Assembly: GCA_000002445.1 (NCBI GenBank)
Contig: CP000066.1
Span: 640,001-704,000, forward strand
Length of the DNA: 64,000 nt
Direction: 5' to 3'
Source: Trypanosoma brucei
Taxonomy: Eukaryota
Below, piece after piece: positions 1 to 10,900 of this stretch (position 1 is the first letter of the stretch; each line of letters begins with the position of its first letter). The translations under genes and the position numbers were made by a program. The notes below the pieces were generated by a model. The model worked only from the letters and a program-made list of their open reading frames with translations, made no database searches and was not told the origin of the DNA.

Positions 1-906
1 TGTTGGGAGGCGGTTATACGGAGACAATGTCAACGTGCCAAATTCGAGTACGCAGAGATCCACCACATGCCAAAGGTAAAACTATGCGCCATGCTACAAC
101 AATGCATCGAGCTTCAAAACACTTCTCCACTACAAAAATCTCCCCCCAGTTCTGACGCTATGTTTTATTGAGCACAATTTCGTAGATGAGGGCGAGCCCT
201 GGACGTTTATCGCCCACCATCCCACTACCTTATGTAACGTGACGGACAGCAACCGAACAAAAGGGTCGTATCCTTTCGTTTTCTACACATATCACTTTGA
301 ATCCGAGAAGGAGTTCAACAGATGACAAACATAATGCAGTACGTACTAAAACAAAAAACACTTTTTACTTGAATCCCTATATCAACTCACAATCGACAGC
401 ACATATTCGACATTAACTAACTCCATCATTAAAATACACTCCACTCTAACACAGAAACAACCCAATGTGATGCTTAGTTACCATAACAAAGGAATACGCC
501 TCACGTTTCACAAACATGGGTACGAAGTCATTCCACCCTAGTACACACATTTGGTCACCTCACATTAATAACCTGTTTCTTAAACGCGTAAGGCGTTGTT
601 TAAATTTCACGTTGTCATATAATATAATATTCCATACATAATTCTGCCTGCAGAGTCCACACCATATCGACAGCTGCCTTCATTTTGTTTCAGTGCAAAC
701 GCCTAAACCCCTTCTAAAGGAGTCTGGCGTAGTATAAAGATATACAATGCTACAAATACCAGAGCAGCTAGATTGAAACACAGGTGGTGAGGAACTATCG
801 GCATCTGGGGATGAATGACTTCATTCAAATGGGCATGCACGAATGCAGCACCTTTGAAGGGACAAAAACTCGTTTTAGAAAGAAAACTGACAAATAATTT
901 GTACTC

Positions 907-1563
907 TCAGAGAAATAGGAGCAACACTGGAAAAAAAACCTGGTAGATAGGTGGTTGCAGCGGCTGAGATTTGCTTTTCTGCTGTTCCGGGGGGCGAACA
1001 GAGGAAGTTCCGTTACGTTCGCTGCCAAAAGTGGAGGAGACAGTACCTTTATTTTCGGATTTGAGGTGGCCGTCATCCTTAGAGGGTGAACCATTTTCCT
1101 CCTTTTTAGGGGTCGCAGAAACCGAACTACCATTTCTCACCGGCTCTTCAGAAAGCACAGGGCCGTACTCGGATGATGGAGGTGCCTCACCTTTGTTAGA
1201 GGCCTCGTCGCGACTTGAGTCTCCACCCGCTTCCACAACTGGTGAAGCGACTTCGGGTGTTGAGAGCCCAAGGAACTCACTAACCTTTGCGGTTACACAT
1301 CTGTGCGGTGAAAAGCAGGTCAATCCCCCGCCGCAAACGGTACAGTTCCCCTCTGCAGGTGCGCCCGAAGGAACCCTGTGTGCCAGGGTGCAGTTTTTCT
1401 GTGCATACGTCATGAGACGATTCTCCTCGTTTCTAGTTATACGGCTTTCAATTCCCAATACTTCCGTGCACTTACCCACATATCCAATTCTTCCCTCCCA
1501 TACATTCTCACACATGGCCACACGTTGAACGAAACCGAACAGTATTATTGGTAGGCACAGCAT
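907..1563 (-). CDS. Array copy 1: 218-aa predicted secreted/GPI-anchored surface glycoprotein. Signal peptide MLCLPIILFGFVQRVAMC, Cys-containing N-domain, acidic Ser/Glu/Pro-rich stalk with several N-x-S/T sites, hydrophobic C-terminus ...QVFFPVLLLFL
   Basis: ATG confirmed ('cat' at 1561-1563). Complete ORF on the same strand as every other gene. N-terminal hydrophobic signal and C-terminal hydrophobic tail. N-glycosylation sequons NCT, NGSS, NGSP, NGTS. Confidence 0.6.
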   Translation of the reverse strand: MLCLPIILFGFVQRVAMCENVWEGRIGYVGKCTEVLGIESRITRNEENRLMTYAQKNCTLAHRVPSGAPAEGNCTVCGGGLTCFSPHRCVTAKVSEFLGLSTPEVASPVVEAGGDSSRDEASNKGEAPPSSEYGPVLSEEPVRNGSSVSATPKKEENGSPSKDDGHLKSENKGTVSSTFGSERNGTSSVRPPEQQKSKSQPLQPPIYQVFFPVLLLFL

Positions 1564-2420
1564 TTCAGAATTCTACACTGCCTGAGTTGCTCCAACACCA
1601 GCGCAAAGAAAAATAATAAACACCTCATACATAACATATATCATACAGTTATGTGTGTTTATACTTTGTTTCAAAATATATCGTATTGAATACAAATAGC
1701 AGACACATGACACGAAAAAATCCCATTAAGCGTTAACATGACATAAAATACCCTATTCAGATGCAACCGAACAAAAGGGTCGTATCCTTTCATTTTCTAC
1801 GCATATCACTTTTGATCCAAGATACGGTTAAACAGGTGACAAACATAATGCAGTACGTACTAAAACAAAAAACACTTTTTACTTGAATCCCTATATCAAC
1901 TCACAATCGACAACACATATTCGACATTAACTAACTCCATCATTAAAATACACTCCACTCTAACACAGAAACAACCCAATGTGATGCTTAGTTACCATAA
2001 CAAAGGAATACGCCTCACGTTTCACAAACATGGGTACGAAGTCATTCCACCCTAGTACACACATTTGGTCACCTCACATTAATAACCTGTTTCTTAAACG
2101 CGTAAGGCGTTGTTTAAATTTCACGTTGTCATATAATATAATATTCCATACATAATTCTGCCTGCAGAGTCCACACCATATCGACAGCTGCCTTCATCTT
2201 ACTTCCAAACAAACGCCTAAAACTCTTCTAAAGGAGTCTGGCGTAGCATAAAGATATACAATGACGCAAACACCAAAGAAGCTAGATTGAAACACAGGTG
2301 GGGAGGAACTATCGGCATCTGGGGATGAATGACTTCATTCAAATGGGCATGCACGAATGCAGCACCTTTGAAGGGACAAAAACTCGTTTTAGAAAGAAAA
2401 CTGACAAATAATTTGTACTC

Positions 2421-3077
2421 TCAGAGAAATAGGAGCAACACTGAGGAAAACACCTGGTAGATAGGTGGTTGCAGCGGCTGAGATTTGCTTGTCTGCTGTT
2501 CCGGGGGGCGAACAGAGGAAGTTCCGTTACGTTCGCTGCCAAAAGTGGAGGAGACAGTACCTTTATTTTCGGATTTGAGGTGGCCGTCATCCTTAGAGGG
2601 TGAACCATTTTCCTCCTTTTTAGGGGTCGCAGAAACCGAACTACCATTTCTCACCGGCTCTTCAGAAAGCACAGGGCCGTACTCGGATGATGGAGGTGCC
2701 TCACCTTTGTTAGAGGCATCGTCGCGACTTGAGTCTCCACCCGCTTCCACAACTGGTGAAGCGACTTCGGGTGTTGAGAGCCCAAGGAACTCACTAACCT
2801 TTGCGGTTACACATCTGTGCGGTGAAAAGCAGGTCAATCCCCCGCCGCAAACGGTACAGTTCCCCTCTGCAGGTGCGCCCGAAGGAACCCTGTGTGCCAG
2901 GGTGCAGTTTTTCTGTGCATACGTCATGAGACGATTCTCCTCGTTTCTAGTTATACGGCTTTCAATTCCCAATACTTCCGTGCACTTACCCACATATCCA
3001 ATTCTTCCCTCCCATACATTCTCACACATGGCCACACGTTGAACGAAACCGAACAGTATTATTGGTAGGCACAGCAT
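2421..3077 (-). CDS. Array copy 2: 218-aa surface-like protein. Differs from copy 1 at a few residues (DDASNKG, EQQTSKSQ, ...QVFSSVLLLFL)
   Basis: ATG at 3075-3077. Same architecture as copy 1. Identical in protein to copy 3. Confidence 0.6.
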   Translation of the reverse strand: MLCLPIILFGFVQRVAMCENVWEGRIGYVGKCTEVLGIESRITRNEENRLMTYAQKNCTLAHRVPSGAPAEGNCTVCGGGLTCFSPHRCVTAKVSEFLGLSTPEVASPVVEAGGDSSRDDASNKGEAPPSSEYGPVLSEEPVRNGSSVSATPKKEENGSPSKDDGHLKSENKGTVSSTFGSERNGTSSVRPPEQQTSKSQPLQPPIYQVFSSVLLLFL

Positions 3078-3934
3078 TTCAGAATTCTACACTGCCTGAG
3101 TTGCTCCAACACCAGCGCAAAGAAAAATAATAAACACCTCATACATAACATATATCATACAGTTATGTGTGTTTATACTTTGTTTCAAAATATATCGTAT
3201 TGAATACAAATAGCAGACACATGACACGAAAAAATCCCATTAAGCGTTAACATGACATAAAATACCCTATTCAGATGCAACCGAACAAAAGGGTCGTATC
3301 CTTTCATTTTCTACGCATATCACTTTTGATCCAAGATACGGTTAAACAGGTGACAAACATAATGCAGTACGTACTAAAACAAAAAACACTTTTTACTTGA
3401 ATCCCTATATCAACTCACAATCGACAACACATATTCGACATTAACTAACTCCATCATTAAAATACACTCCACTCTAACACAGAAACAACCCAATGTGATG
3501 CTTAGTTACCATAACAAAGGAATACGCCTCACGTTTCACAAACATGGGTACGAAGTCATTCCACCCTAGTACACACATTTGGTCACCTCACATTAATAAC
3601 CTGTTTCTTAAACGCGTAAGGCGTTGTTTAAATTTCACGTTGTCATATAATATAATATTCCATACATAATTCTGCCTGCAGAGTCCACACCATATCGACA
3701 GCTGCCTTCATCTTACTTCCAAACAAACGCCTAAAACTCTTCTAAAGGAGTCTGGCGTAGCATAAAGATATACAATGACGCAAACACCAAAGAAGCTAGA
3801 TTGAAACACAGGTGGGGAGGAACTATCGGCATCTGGGGATGAATGACTTCATTCAAATGGGCATGCACGAATGCAGCACCTTTGAAGGGACAAAAACTCG
3901 TTTTAGAAAGAAAACTGACAAATAATTTGTACTC

Positions 3935-4591
3935 TCAGAGAAATAGGAGCAACACTGAGGAAAACACCTGGTAGATAGGTGGTTGCAGCGGCTGAGATTT
4001 GCTTGTCTGCTGTTCCGGGGGGCGAACAGAGGAAGTTCCGTTACGTTCGCTGCCAAAAGTGGAGGAGACAGTACCTTTATTTTCGGATTTGAGGTGGCCG
4101 TCATCCTTAGAGGGTGAACCATTTTCCTCCTTTTTAGGGGTCGCAGAAACCGAACTACCATTTCTCACCGGCTCTTCAGAAAGCACAGGGCCGTACTCGG
4201 ATGATGGAGGTGCCTCACCTTTGTTAGAGGCATCGTCGCGACTTGAGTCTCCACCCGCTTCCACAACTGGTGAAGCGACTTCGGGTGTTGAGAGCCCAAG
4301 GAACTCACTAACCTTTGCGGTTACACATCTGTGCGGTGAAAAGCAGGTCAATCCCCCGCCACAAACGGTACAGTTCCCCTCTGCAGGTGCGCCCGAAGGA
4401 ACCCTGTGTGCCAGGGTGCAGTTTTTCTGTGCATACGTCATGAGACGATTCTCCTCGTTTCTAGTTATACGGCTTTCAATTCCCAATACTTCCGTGCACT
4501 TACCCACATATCCAATTCTTCCCTCCCATACATTCTCACACATGGCCACACGTTGAACGAAACCGAACAGTATTATTGGTAGGCACAGCAT
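3935..4591 (-). CDS. Array copy 3: 218-aa surface-like protein, identical in protein sequence to copy 2
   Basis: ATG at 4589-4591. 1514 nt from copy 2. Confidence 0.6.
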   Translation of the reverse strand: MLCLPIILFGFVQRVAMCENVWEGRIGYVGKCTEVLGIESRITRNEENRLMTYAQKNCTLAHRVPSGAPAEGNCTVCGGGLTCFSPHRCVTAKVSEFLGLSTPEVASPVVEAGGDSSRDDASNKGEAPPSSEYGPVLSEEPVRNGSSVSATPKKEENGSPSKDDGHLKSENKGTVSSTFGSERNGTSSVRPPEQQTSKSQPLQPPIYQVFSSVLLLFL

Positions 4592-5448
4592 TTCAGAATT
4601 CTACACTGCCTGAGTTGCTCCAACACCAGCGCAAAGAAAAATAATAAACACCTCATACATAACATATATCATACAGTTATGTGTGTTTATACTTTGTTTC
4701 AAAATATATCGTATTGAATACAAATAGCAGACACATGACACGAAAAAATCCCATTAAGCGTTAACATGACATAAAATACCCTATTCAGATGCAACCGAAC
4801 AAAAGGGTCGTATCCTTTCGTTTTCTACACATATCACTTTTGATCCAAGATACGGTTAAACAGGTGACAAACATAATGCAGTACGTACTAAAACAAAAAA
4901 CACTTTTTACTTGAATCCCTATATCAACTCACAATCGACAACACATATTCGACATTAACTAACTCCATCATTAAAATACACTCCACTCTAACACAGCAAC
5001 AACCCAATGTGATGCTTAGTTACCATAACAAAGGAATACGCCTCACGTTTCACAAACATGGGTACGAAGTCATTCCACCCTAGTACACACATTTGGTCAC
5101 CTCACATTAATAACCTGTTTCTTAAACGCGTAAGGCGTTGTTTAAATTTCACGTTGTCATATAATATAATATTCCATACATAATTCTGCCTGCAGAGTCC
5201 ACACCATATCGACAGCTGCCTTCATCTTACTTCCAAACAAACGCCTAAAACTCTTCTAAAGGAGTCTGGCGTAGCATAAAGATATACAATGACGCAAACA
5301 CCAAAGAAGCTAGATTGAAACACAGGTGGGGAGGAACTATCGGCATCTGGGGATGAATGACTTCATTCAAATGGGCATGCACGAATGCAGCACCTTTGAA
5401 GGGACAAAAACTCGTTTTAGAAAGAAAACTGACAAATAATTTGTACTC

Positions 5449-6123
5449 TCAGAGAAATAGGAGCAACACTGGAAAAAAAACCTGGTAGATAGGTGGTTGC
5501 AGCGGCTGAGATTTGCTTTTCTGCTGTTCCGGGGGGCGAACAGAGGAAGTTCCGTTACGTTCGCTGCCAAAAGTGGAGGAGACAGTACCTTTATTTTCGG
5601 ATTTGAGGTGGCCGTCATCCTTAGAGGGTGAACCATTTTCCTCCTTTTTAGGGGTCGCAGAAACCGAACTACCATTTCTCACCGGCTCTTCAGAAAGCAC
5701 AGGGCCGTACTCGGATGATGGAGGTGCCTCACCTTTGTTAGAGGCCTCGTCGCGACTTGAGTCTCCACCCGCTTCCACAACTGGTGAAGCGACTGCGGGT
5801 GTTGGGAGCCCAAGGAACTCACTAACCTTTGCAGTGACACATCTATAATTGAAAGGACAACGCAAGGTTCCCCCGCCACAAACGGTACAGTTCCCGTCAG
5901 TGGTTGCGCCAGATGGTACGCTTCGGATGGGAGTGCAGTTCGCTTCCGCATACTTCACGAGACGATTCTCTTCTGCTACGCCCGCTGGAGCCTTAATTTT
6001 CAGCAAATCCGTACACATATCCACAACTCCAACTCGCGTTCCCCATCCCTTCCCATAAGTAGCAACAATTTGAACCAATCCCGCGAACAGGGTTAATACA
6101 CAGACACACACAGGTCTCGTCAT
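5449..6123 (-). CDS. Array copy 4 (mosaic): 224 aa from the first plausible ATG. Signal peptide MTRPVCVCVLTLFAGLVQIVATYG. The N-terminal Cys domain is divergent (about 50% identity). The C-terminal stalk and tail match copy 1
   Basis: The ORF-track start at 6210 is a TTG. In-frame ATGs lie at 6204 and 6123, and the 6123 one precedes a proper signal peptide. The conserved core CTVCGGG...RCVTAKVSEFLGL is retained. Confidence 0.5.
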   Translation of the reverse strand: MTRPVCVCVLTLFAGLVQIVATYGKGWGTRVGVVDMCTDLLKIKAPAGVAEENRLVKYAEANCTPIRSVPSGATTDGNCTVCGGGTLRCPFNYRCVTAKVSEFLGLPTPAVASPVVEAGGDSSRDEASNKGEAPPSSEYGPVLSEEPVRNGSSVSATPKKEENGSPSKDDGHLKSENKGTVSSTFGSERNGTSSVRPPEQQKSKSQPLQPPIYQVFFPVLLLFL

Positions 6124-7031
6124 TAATCTTTTACTAACATAACAATAAAAGCAAAAAAACTTCTTTGCAGAGCAATTAACTCGCTTTCTCTCATGTTTAA
6201 ACATTGTCAAGTTACCTTTTGTTTAATATACAGAGCCAGTTAACCACTCAGAAAACAACCAGTGAGTATAATCAGCGTCCACAATACTTATCCGTATGGG
6301 AAGAAATGAAATATGAAGTTACGTCTTTTAAAATCTTTATCAAAAGCAGCAGCCAAGCGACCGGAGACTCACATTTATCAAGTGCGAGTAGGGGGCATCT
6401 GTGGTTCAATAACATAAAAACACATGCAGTAACAAGTTTTCGCAGATAAATATTATGGAGTACCACCTATATAAGTCCAAGTCCACACAAAAAAAACCCA
6501 AGCAAAAGCAAATACACAGTAAAGAAATAATTACAAACACATTTGATAGCACCGTCTGTTGATAGCAAATACTTAAACAGCGAAGAAGAAAGACGTTCAA
6601 AGCATTACAAAACACATCGTGGAGCAGTTCTGTAGAAACGATTACAAATGGGAAATAACCAACTCCCACGAAACAGTACATCACTGTAGCCAGTCCATCA
6701 AGAAAAATTGGCAGCGTCTCGGCGCGTGATTCAACTCTTTTCGAACGCTAGACAGCATCCACAACACTAAGCAGTTAGGTACAAATATAGATCACTACAT
6801 AGCAAAAGCAAAATGCGGTAAGTACCGCAAAGGGGTCCCCCATCCTTACGCTGTTCTATTATTTATTTCGCTTCTTCCACTTTATTGCAGTCTACAATTA
6901 TAGGCGCTTTCTCCCATCATATATTAAAGCATAATAGCGCGAGAAAGAACAAAAGGTCATAGATTAACGTATCGAGCTAGTGTGAGGGGTGATGCTCTGA
7001 GGCAGTATTTGTATCTAGTTTAGTGACGGAT

Positions 7032-7949
7032 TTATCCGGTGATAAAGCATACAATTGCGACAAGGAGGTTCTGTATCGCTCCATATCTCACGTTGTTTCC
7101 TTTTTTGTTTTCTGGTTTGCGGTCGATTCTTCCTGTGTTTGATACAATTCCTGCACCTGCTGCAACTGTATCATCCCGTCCGCGCACTGGTTCCTCCCTT
7201 CCTGGGTCTGCATCCTGTTTCCCATTGGTCGTCGTGCCATCTTCTGCAGCATCGCGCTGGTGATCATTCACTGTACCTTTTTCTGGTGAAGATTCCCCTC
7301 GAGGGTGAGTATGCTTCCCTCCCTGAGTTGCTCCTCCCTTTTCTGGTTCCTTTCGGGTCAAGCCCTCACCTCCAGCTCCGTCCTTTTTCCCCGAAGCTCC
7401 CCGCTTCTCCCCAGCAGTTCCCCGCTTTTCCCCCGGACTTTGCTGATCTTCCTTTGGAGTTTCCTCACCTTCCCCCGAAGCTTCCTGCTCCTCCCCCTCA
7501 CTTTTGGGAGCACTGCTCGCTGTCTCTTCGTCGTCCGAACCGCTACCCTTAGTTGTGTCTGAGGGTCCCTGTTCAGACGCGGCAGACTGCTCTACCGTCT
7601 CTTCTGTAGGGACCTGTTGTGTTATACTCCGCCAGTCGGAGTCGGAGCATGTTGTGGCATTGAGTGAATCCTCGCTTGAGTCCTCGTCCGTGCAATTAAG
7701 GGTGTGCAGCCGGTGGCCGTTTCCATGAAAAATGGCGTACACTTTGAGCTTCAGCTTGAAATATCCCTGTGGTTGTCCCTTTCCGATCAGAAGCACAGGA
7801 GTGTTTGTGCAGTTGGCAGGGTGCCACTTGCCCTTCCATCTGCACAGCGCCCCTTCCGCTTCATTATGCAGACAGTCACACCTGAAAGTCACTGCTGAAG
7901 ATCCCAAAACTACACAACTTGCTAGAAACAACGCTGTAAATGTCAACAT
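7032..7949 (-). CDS. 305-aa predicted secreted/membrane protein. Signal peptide, Cys motif (FRCDCLHNEAEGALCRWKGKWHPANCTNT), long acidic Gly/Glu/Lys-rich low-complexity region, C-terminal hydrophobic segment LLVAIVCFITG
   Basis: ATG confirmed at 7947-7949. Compositional architecture resembles a surface protein. No recognisable enzymatic motifs. Confidence 0.45.
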   Translation of the reverse strand: MLTFTALFLASCVVLGSSAVTFRCDCLHNEAEGALCRWKGKWHPANCTNTPVLLIGKGQPQGYFKLKLKVYAIFHGNGHRLHTLNCTDEDSSEDSLNATTCSDSDWRSITQQVPTEETVEQSAASEQGPSDTTKGSGSDDEETASSAPKSEGEEQEASGEGEETPKEDQQSPGEKRGTAGEKRGASGKKDGAGGEGLTRKEPEKGGATQGGKHTHPRGESSPEKGTVNDHQRDAAEDGTTTNGKQDADPGREEPVRGRDDTVAAGAGIVSNTGRIDRKPENKKGNNVRYGAIQNLLVAIVCFITG

Positions 7950-10900
7950 AGAGTGTTAGCTGCCTGTCCTCTACTTGTAAAAATCACTGAAAAAGGGATG
8001 TACTCGGTAAACACAGGGTCCACACAAACGCAAACACACGTTCCTAACAGCTTTCAATTGCACTTACACTCCCCGTTACTCCAGCAGGTTCCACTGGTCG
8101 TCAAATTTAGCAGTAAATTTATTCCTCACGAAGATAAGCTATCACCAATCCACTAATAGGCAATCGGTCACCCTTCTGGTCGACTTCTGTAGACTTACTA
8201 CCCCATAATTAGTTGAAGTTTTTGGGTAAGGCTACCTGCGCCTGAAGTTTTAGAGACCCCGGGAATTTCTAAGTGCATGCGCGAGTTGCATTGCAGCCAC
8301 ACAACCATATATGCCCCGGCGTGCCTGTAAAAAAGACAAACACGTAGTTACTTAACAAGCAGATGTGCTCGCGCACGAATGTCTCCCAGTAAAAACACAC
8401 ACAAAGGTATAACGTGAAACAACAATTCCAAGCTAACTTAGCGGATATGTATTAAGACAAAATAATTAAAGCAGTCATGGTGGAAAGAACTTGAAATATG
8501 GAACTTAAGGGAACACCGTTTCCCCCTTTTTTCTTAAAGATAAACGGTCTGACTTTCCTATTTATCTTCGTTACCGGTTACGTCATTGTCACTCTGAAGC
8601 TTTGTTTCGATTCTGCTTCCCGCTACAACGCCGGCTGTAGCAATAAACCGGCCTCCTCTTAGGCATGCTTGAGCGCTTTTCATTCCCGCTTTTGTTATTC
8701 GCCAAGAAGTGGCTTGACAGGTGTTGGAGTTTCTTTGATCCACCTCAAACGCGGGGTTTCCTTTTTTTTATTCCCTCCAAAAATACGAAGGGGCAACTCG
8801 CCTAGCGGTGATTCCACCCACAAAAGAGAAAGCACACACAACGTAAGTTAGCGTGATGAATAGGGTGTACAAAGTTAATTATACCCTTTTTCCACCTTAC
8901 GTTGCAAAGGTCAGGCATGTCAGTTAGTTAATATATTTTTCACCACCGTCGGAAAGTAATTAAGTACCACTTTAGGCAATCTTTCCCTCTATGTCCGGGG
9001 ATCAATACGACCTTTCACATCTCTCCTCGTCAACACCTTCCCCCTACTGCGCTTTAGTGAGAACAGCACCAACTCAGGTGAATCAACGAAGTAAATACCA
9101 ACAACTATTGGGGACTTGGAAATGTACCTACCTCCGTGAGCGTTACCGATCCTTCAAATCACTGGGTGTTTTTTTTTAAAAAGAGCGGCTGGAACCCATG
9201 GCCCCTCATGTCACCACAAAGCCGAATCTCAGTACTTGTGCGCCCTCATTCACACGTTTAGTTGTTATCATATTAACAGGTTCCAATAAGATGGTACCTT
9301 TCGCGTTACTCTAGGCCCGAAATCGGTTGTGGAATCATTCAGGACCTACCGCCACCGGTGGGATACCTTTCCCGACTCCAAACTTCAGGTTGCAAACTCT
9401 CCGTACCTGCAGAAAGTAGCAGCGCCCCGATAGAAAGTTAGGTTCCATCACCTCTTATCTTTAAATTTGTTTTTATTCACATGCGACGGAGTTTAACTGA
9501 CGAGGCACCAACCCATTCCTTTGTAACTTCAGGGATGATGCCGCTTTCGGCCGCCCTCTACACGACAACCTCTAATTATCCAGAGTAGCACCAATAACAT
9601 ATGCTGTTACCATTTAAAAGAGCATTCAGCATGGATGACTTCCCCCCGATGTCACTAATAATTGAGTAACGCGGTTCCGGAAGTGTTGTGTTACAACTTA
9701 TTCTCTTAGGATGGAACAAACTCCTTCGTGGTAGCACACCTTAGCGGCATCGTGAGATATTCACCACAGCACCAAGTGGGGGAGATTGATTTAGGCGCAT
9801 GAAGTATGGATGTCACTGTGCGGGTTGTACTGTTCAAAAGAGTGGGTTGTCGGCAAAAGGTGTTACAAGCCACACGATGTTACACGAGTAGACGGAAATC
9901 TAATGAGGTGCGTTCAGCTGTTGTGCGCACGTTCGGACAAGAATACGCCAAAGTGAGGCAATAATGTGCACGTGAAGACGGCACTAACGCGTAGATCGTT
10001 TGCCACTTGTATATCATATTTCCCCAGGAGTCCAGCCCAAAGTATTCGTACCGGCTGAAGGCGCACATTAATGAATTTCAACGGATGCATCAACCACAGA
10101 ACTTAGAGAAGGGCTCCGCTACCACTGGTAAATACTAAAGGAGACATTGCCCCTCTCCCAAAGACATAAAACCGTTGCCGAAGGCGCCTCAGAGAATTGC
10201 GATTATAGAGGGAGTAAGCCGGCATGCAACACGTTGGCACTCGCGCGGCTCTCGCAAAGAGTATTTACATTTTATGTGCAATGCAAACTCCTCTCCGTGC
10301 GGATACGCCTTTCACCGTCGACACCATTGGCACTGAGACTTTAGCAGTAATTGTAGAAATGTATAAGCCCCCGTATGTTGCACTTTTATTTATTGACAAT
10401 GTGATACTTCACGCAATCCCGTGCCTGCCCTCCCCATCGTTTTGTTCATTCCGTTTTTAAGCCATAACTGCGGGGCTGTGGTGACAAGGTTCAAAGCGAC
10501 CACCAATAGGAGAGGAAAGATATATACATACATATATATCATCAGGCTTCTTTTGGCCCGAATGCGCCAAGAAACTATTGAGTGTTTCCCCTCGCGTGGC
10601 AAAACCACTTCATGGGGCGATAAACTCCCGAGCTCACTCACGGGCAAAACATTCCAGTAGGAACTTGTAAAATGTGGAATGGAGGAGGAATGACTAGCAA
10701 CCGAGCGGGAAGTTTTTGGCACACTGCTTATTCCCAGCACCATGACCGCTACCGATGGCATTGGACTCACCTTGTTCTTTTACCCCAAAGAACTTTAGCA
10801 GGTACCGTACTGCTTTTATGTTTTAACACAACCGTCGTTCCCCCTATAAACTCCGTTTACCTTCACTCCTTCCGCAGGGAAGCGCAAACGAGCAAATAAC

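Larger units (their letters stand above)
250..5830 (-). repeat. Head-to-tail tandem array with a 1514-bp unit: three full near-identical units (250-1763, 1764-3277, 3278-4791) and a fourth unit that diverges upstream of about 5830
   Basis: The string 'caaccgaacaaaagggtcg' recurs at 250, 1764, 3278 and 4792, an exact 1514-nt spacing. ORF start codons recur at 1563, 3077 and 4591, again 1514 apart. Bases 1-249 are unique flank. The fourth unit loses identity above about 5830. Confidence 0.9.

Noticed and set aside
825-1133. Nested 102-aa minus-strand ORFs in each unit (825-1133, 2339-2647, 3853-4161, 5367-5675), overlapping the 3' end of the surface-protein ORF in another frame
   Set aside because: They overlap the real CDS out of frame and start with a bacterial-style codon in the track. 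No independent support.
971-1528. Plus-strand 185-aa ORFs recurring in every array unit (971-1528, 2485-3042, 3999-4556, 5513-5848), antisense to the surface-protein ORF
   Set aside because: They are antisense to the direction of the transcription unit. They recur only because the unit is repeated. Their Ser/Pro/Leu-rich composition is the mirror of the acidic stalk codons.
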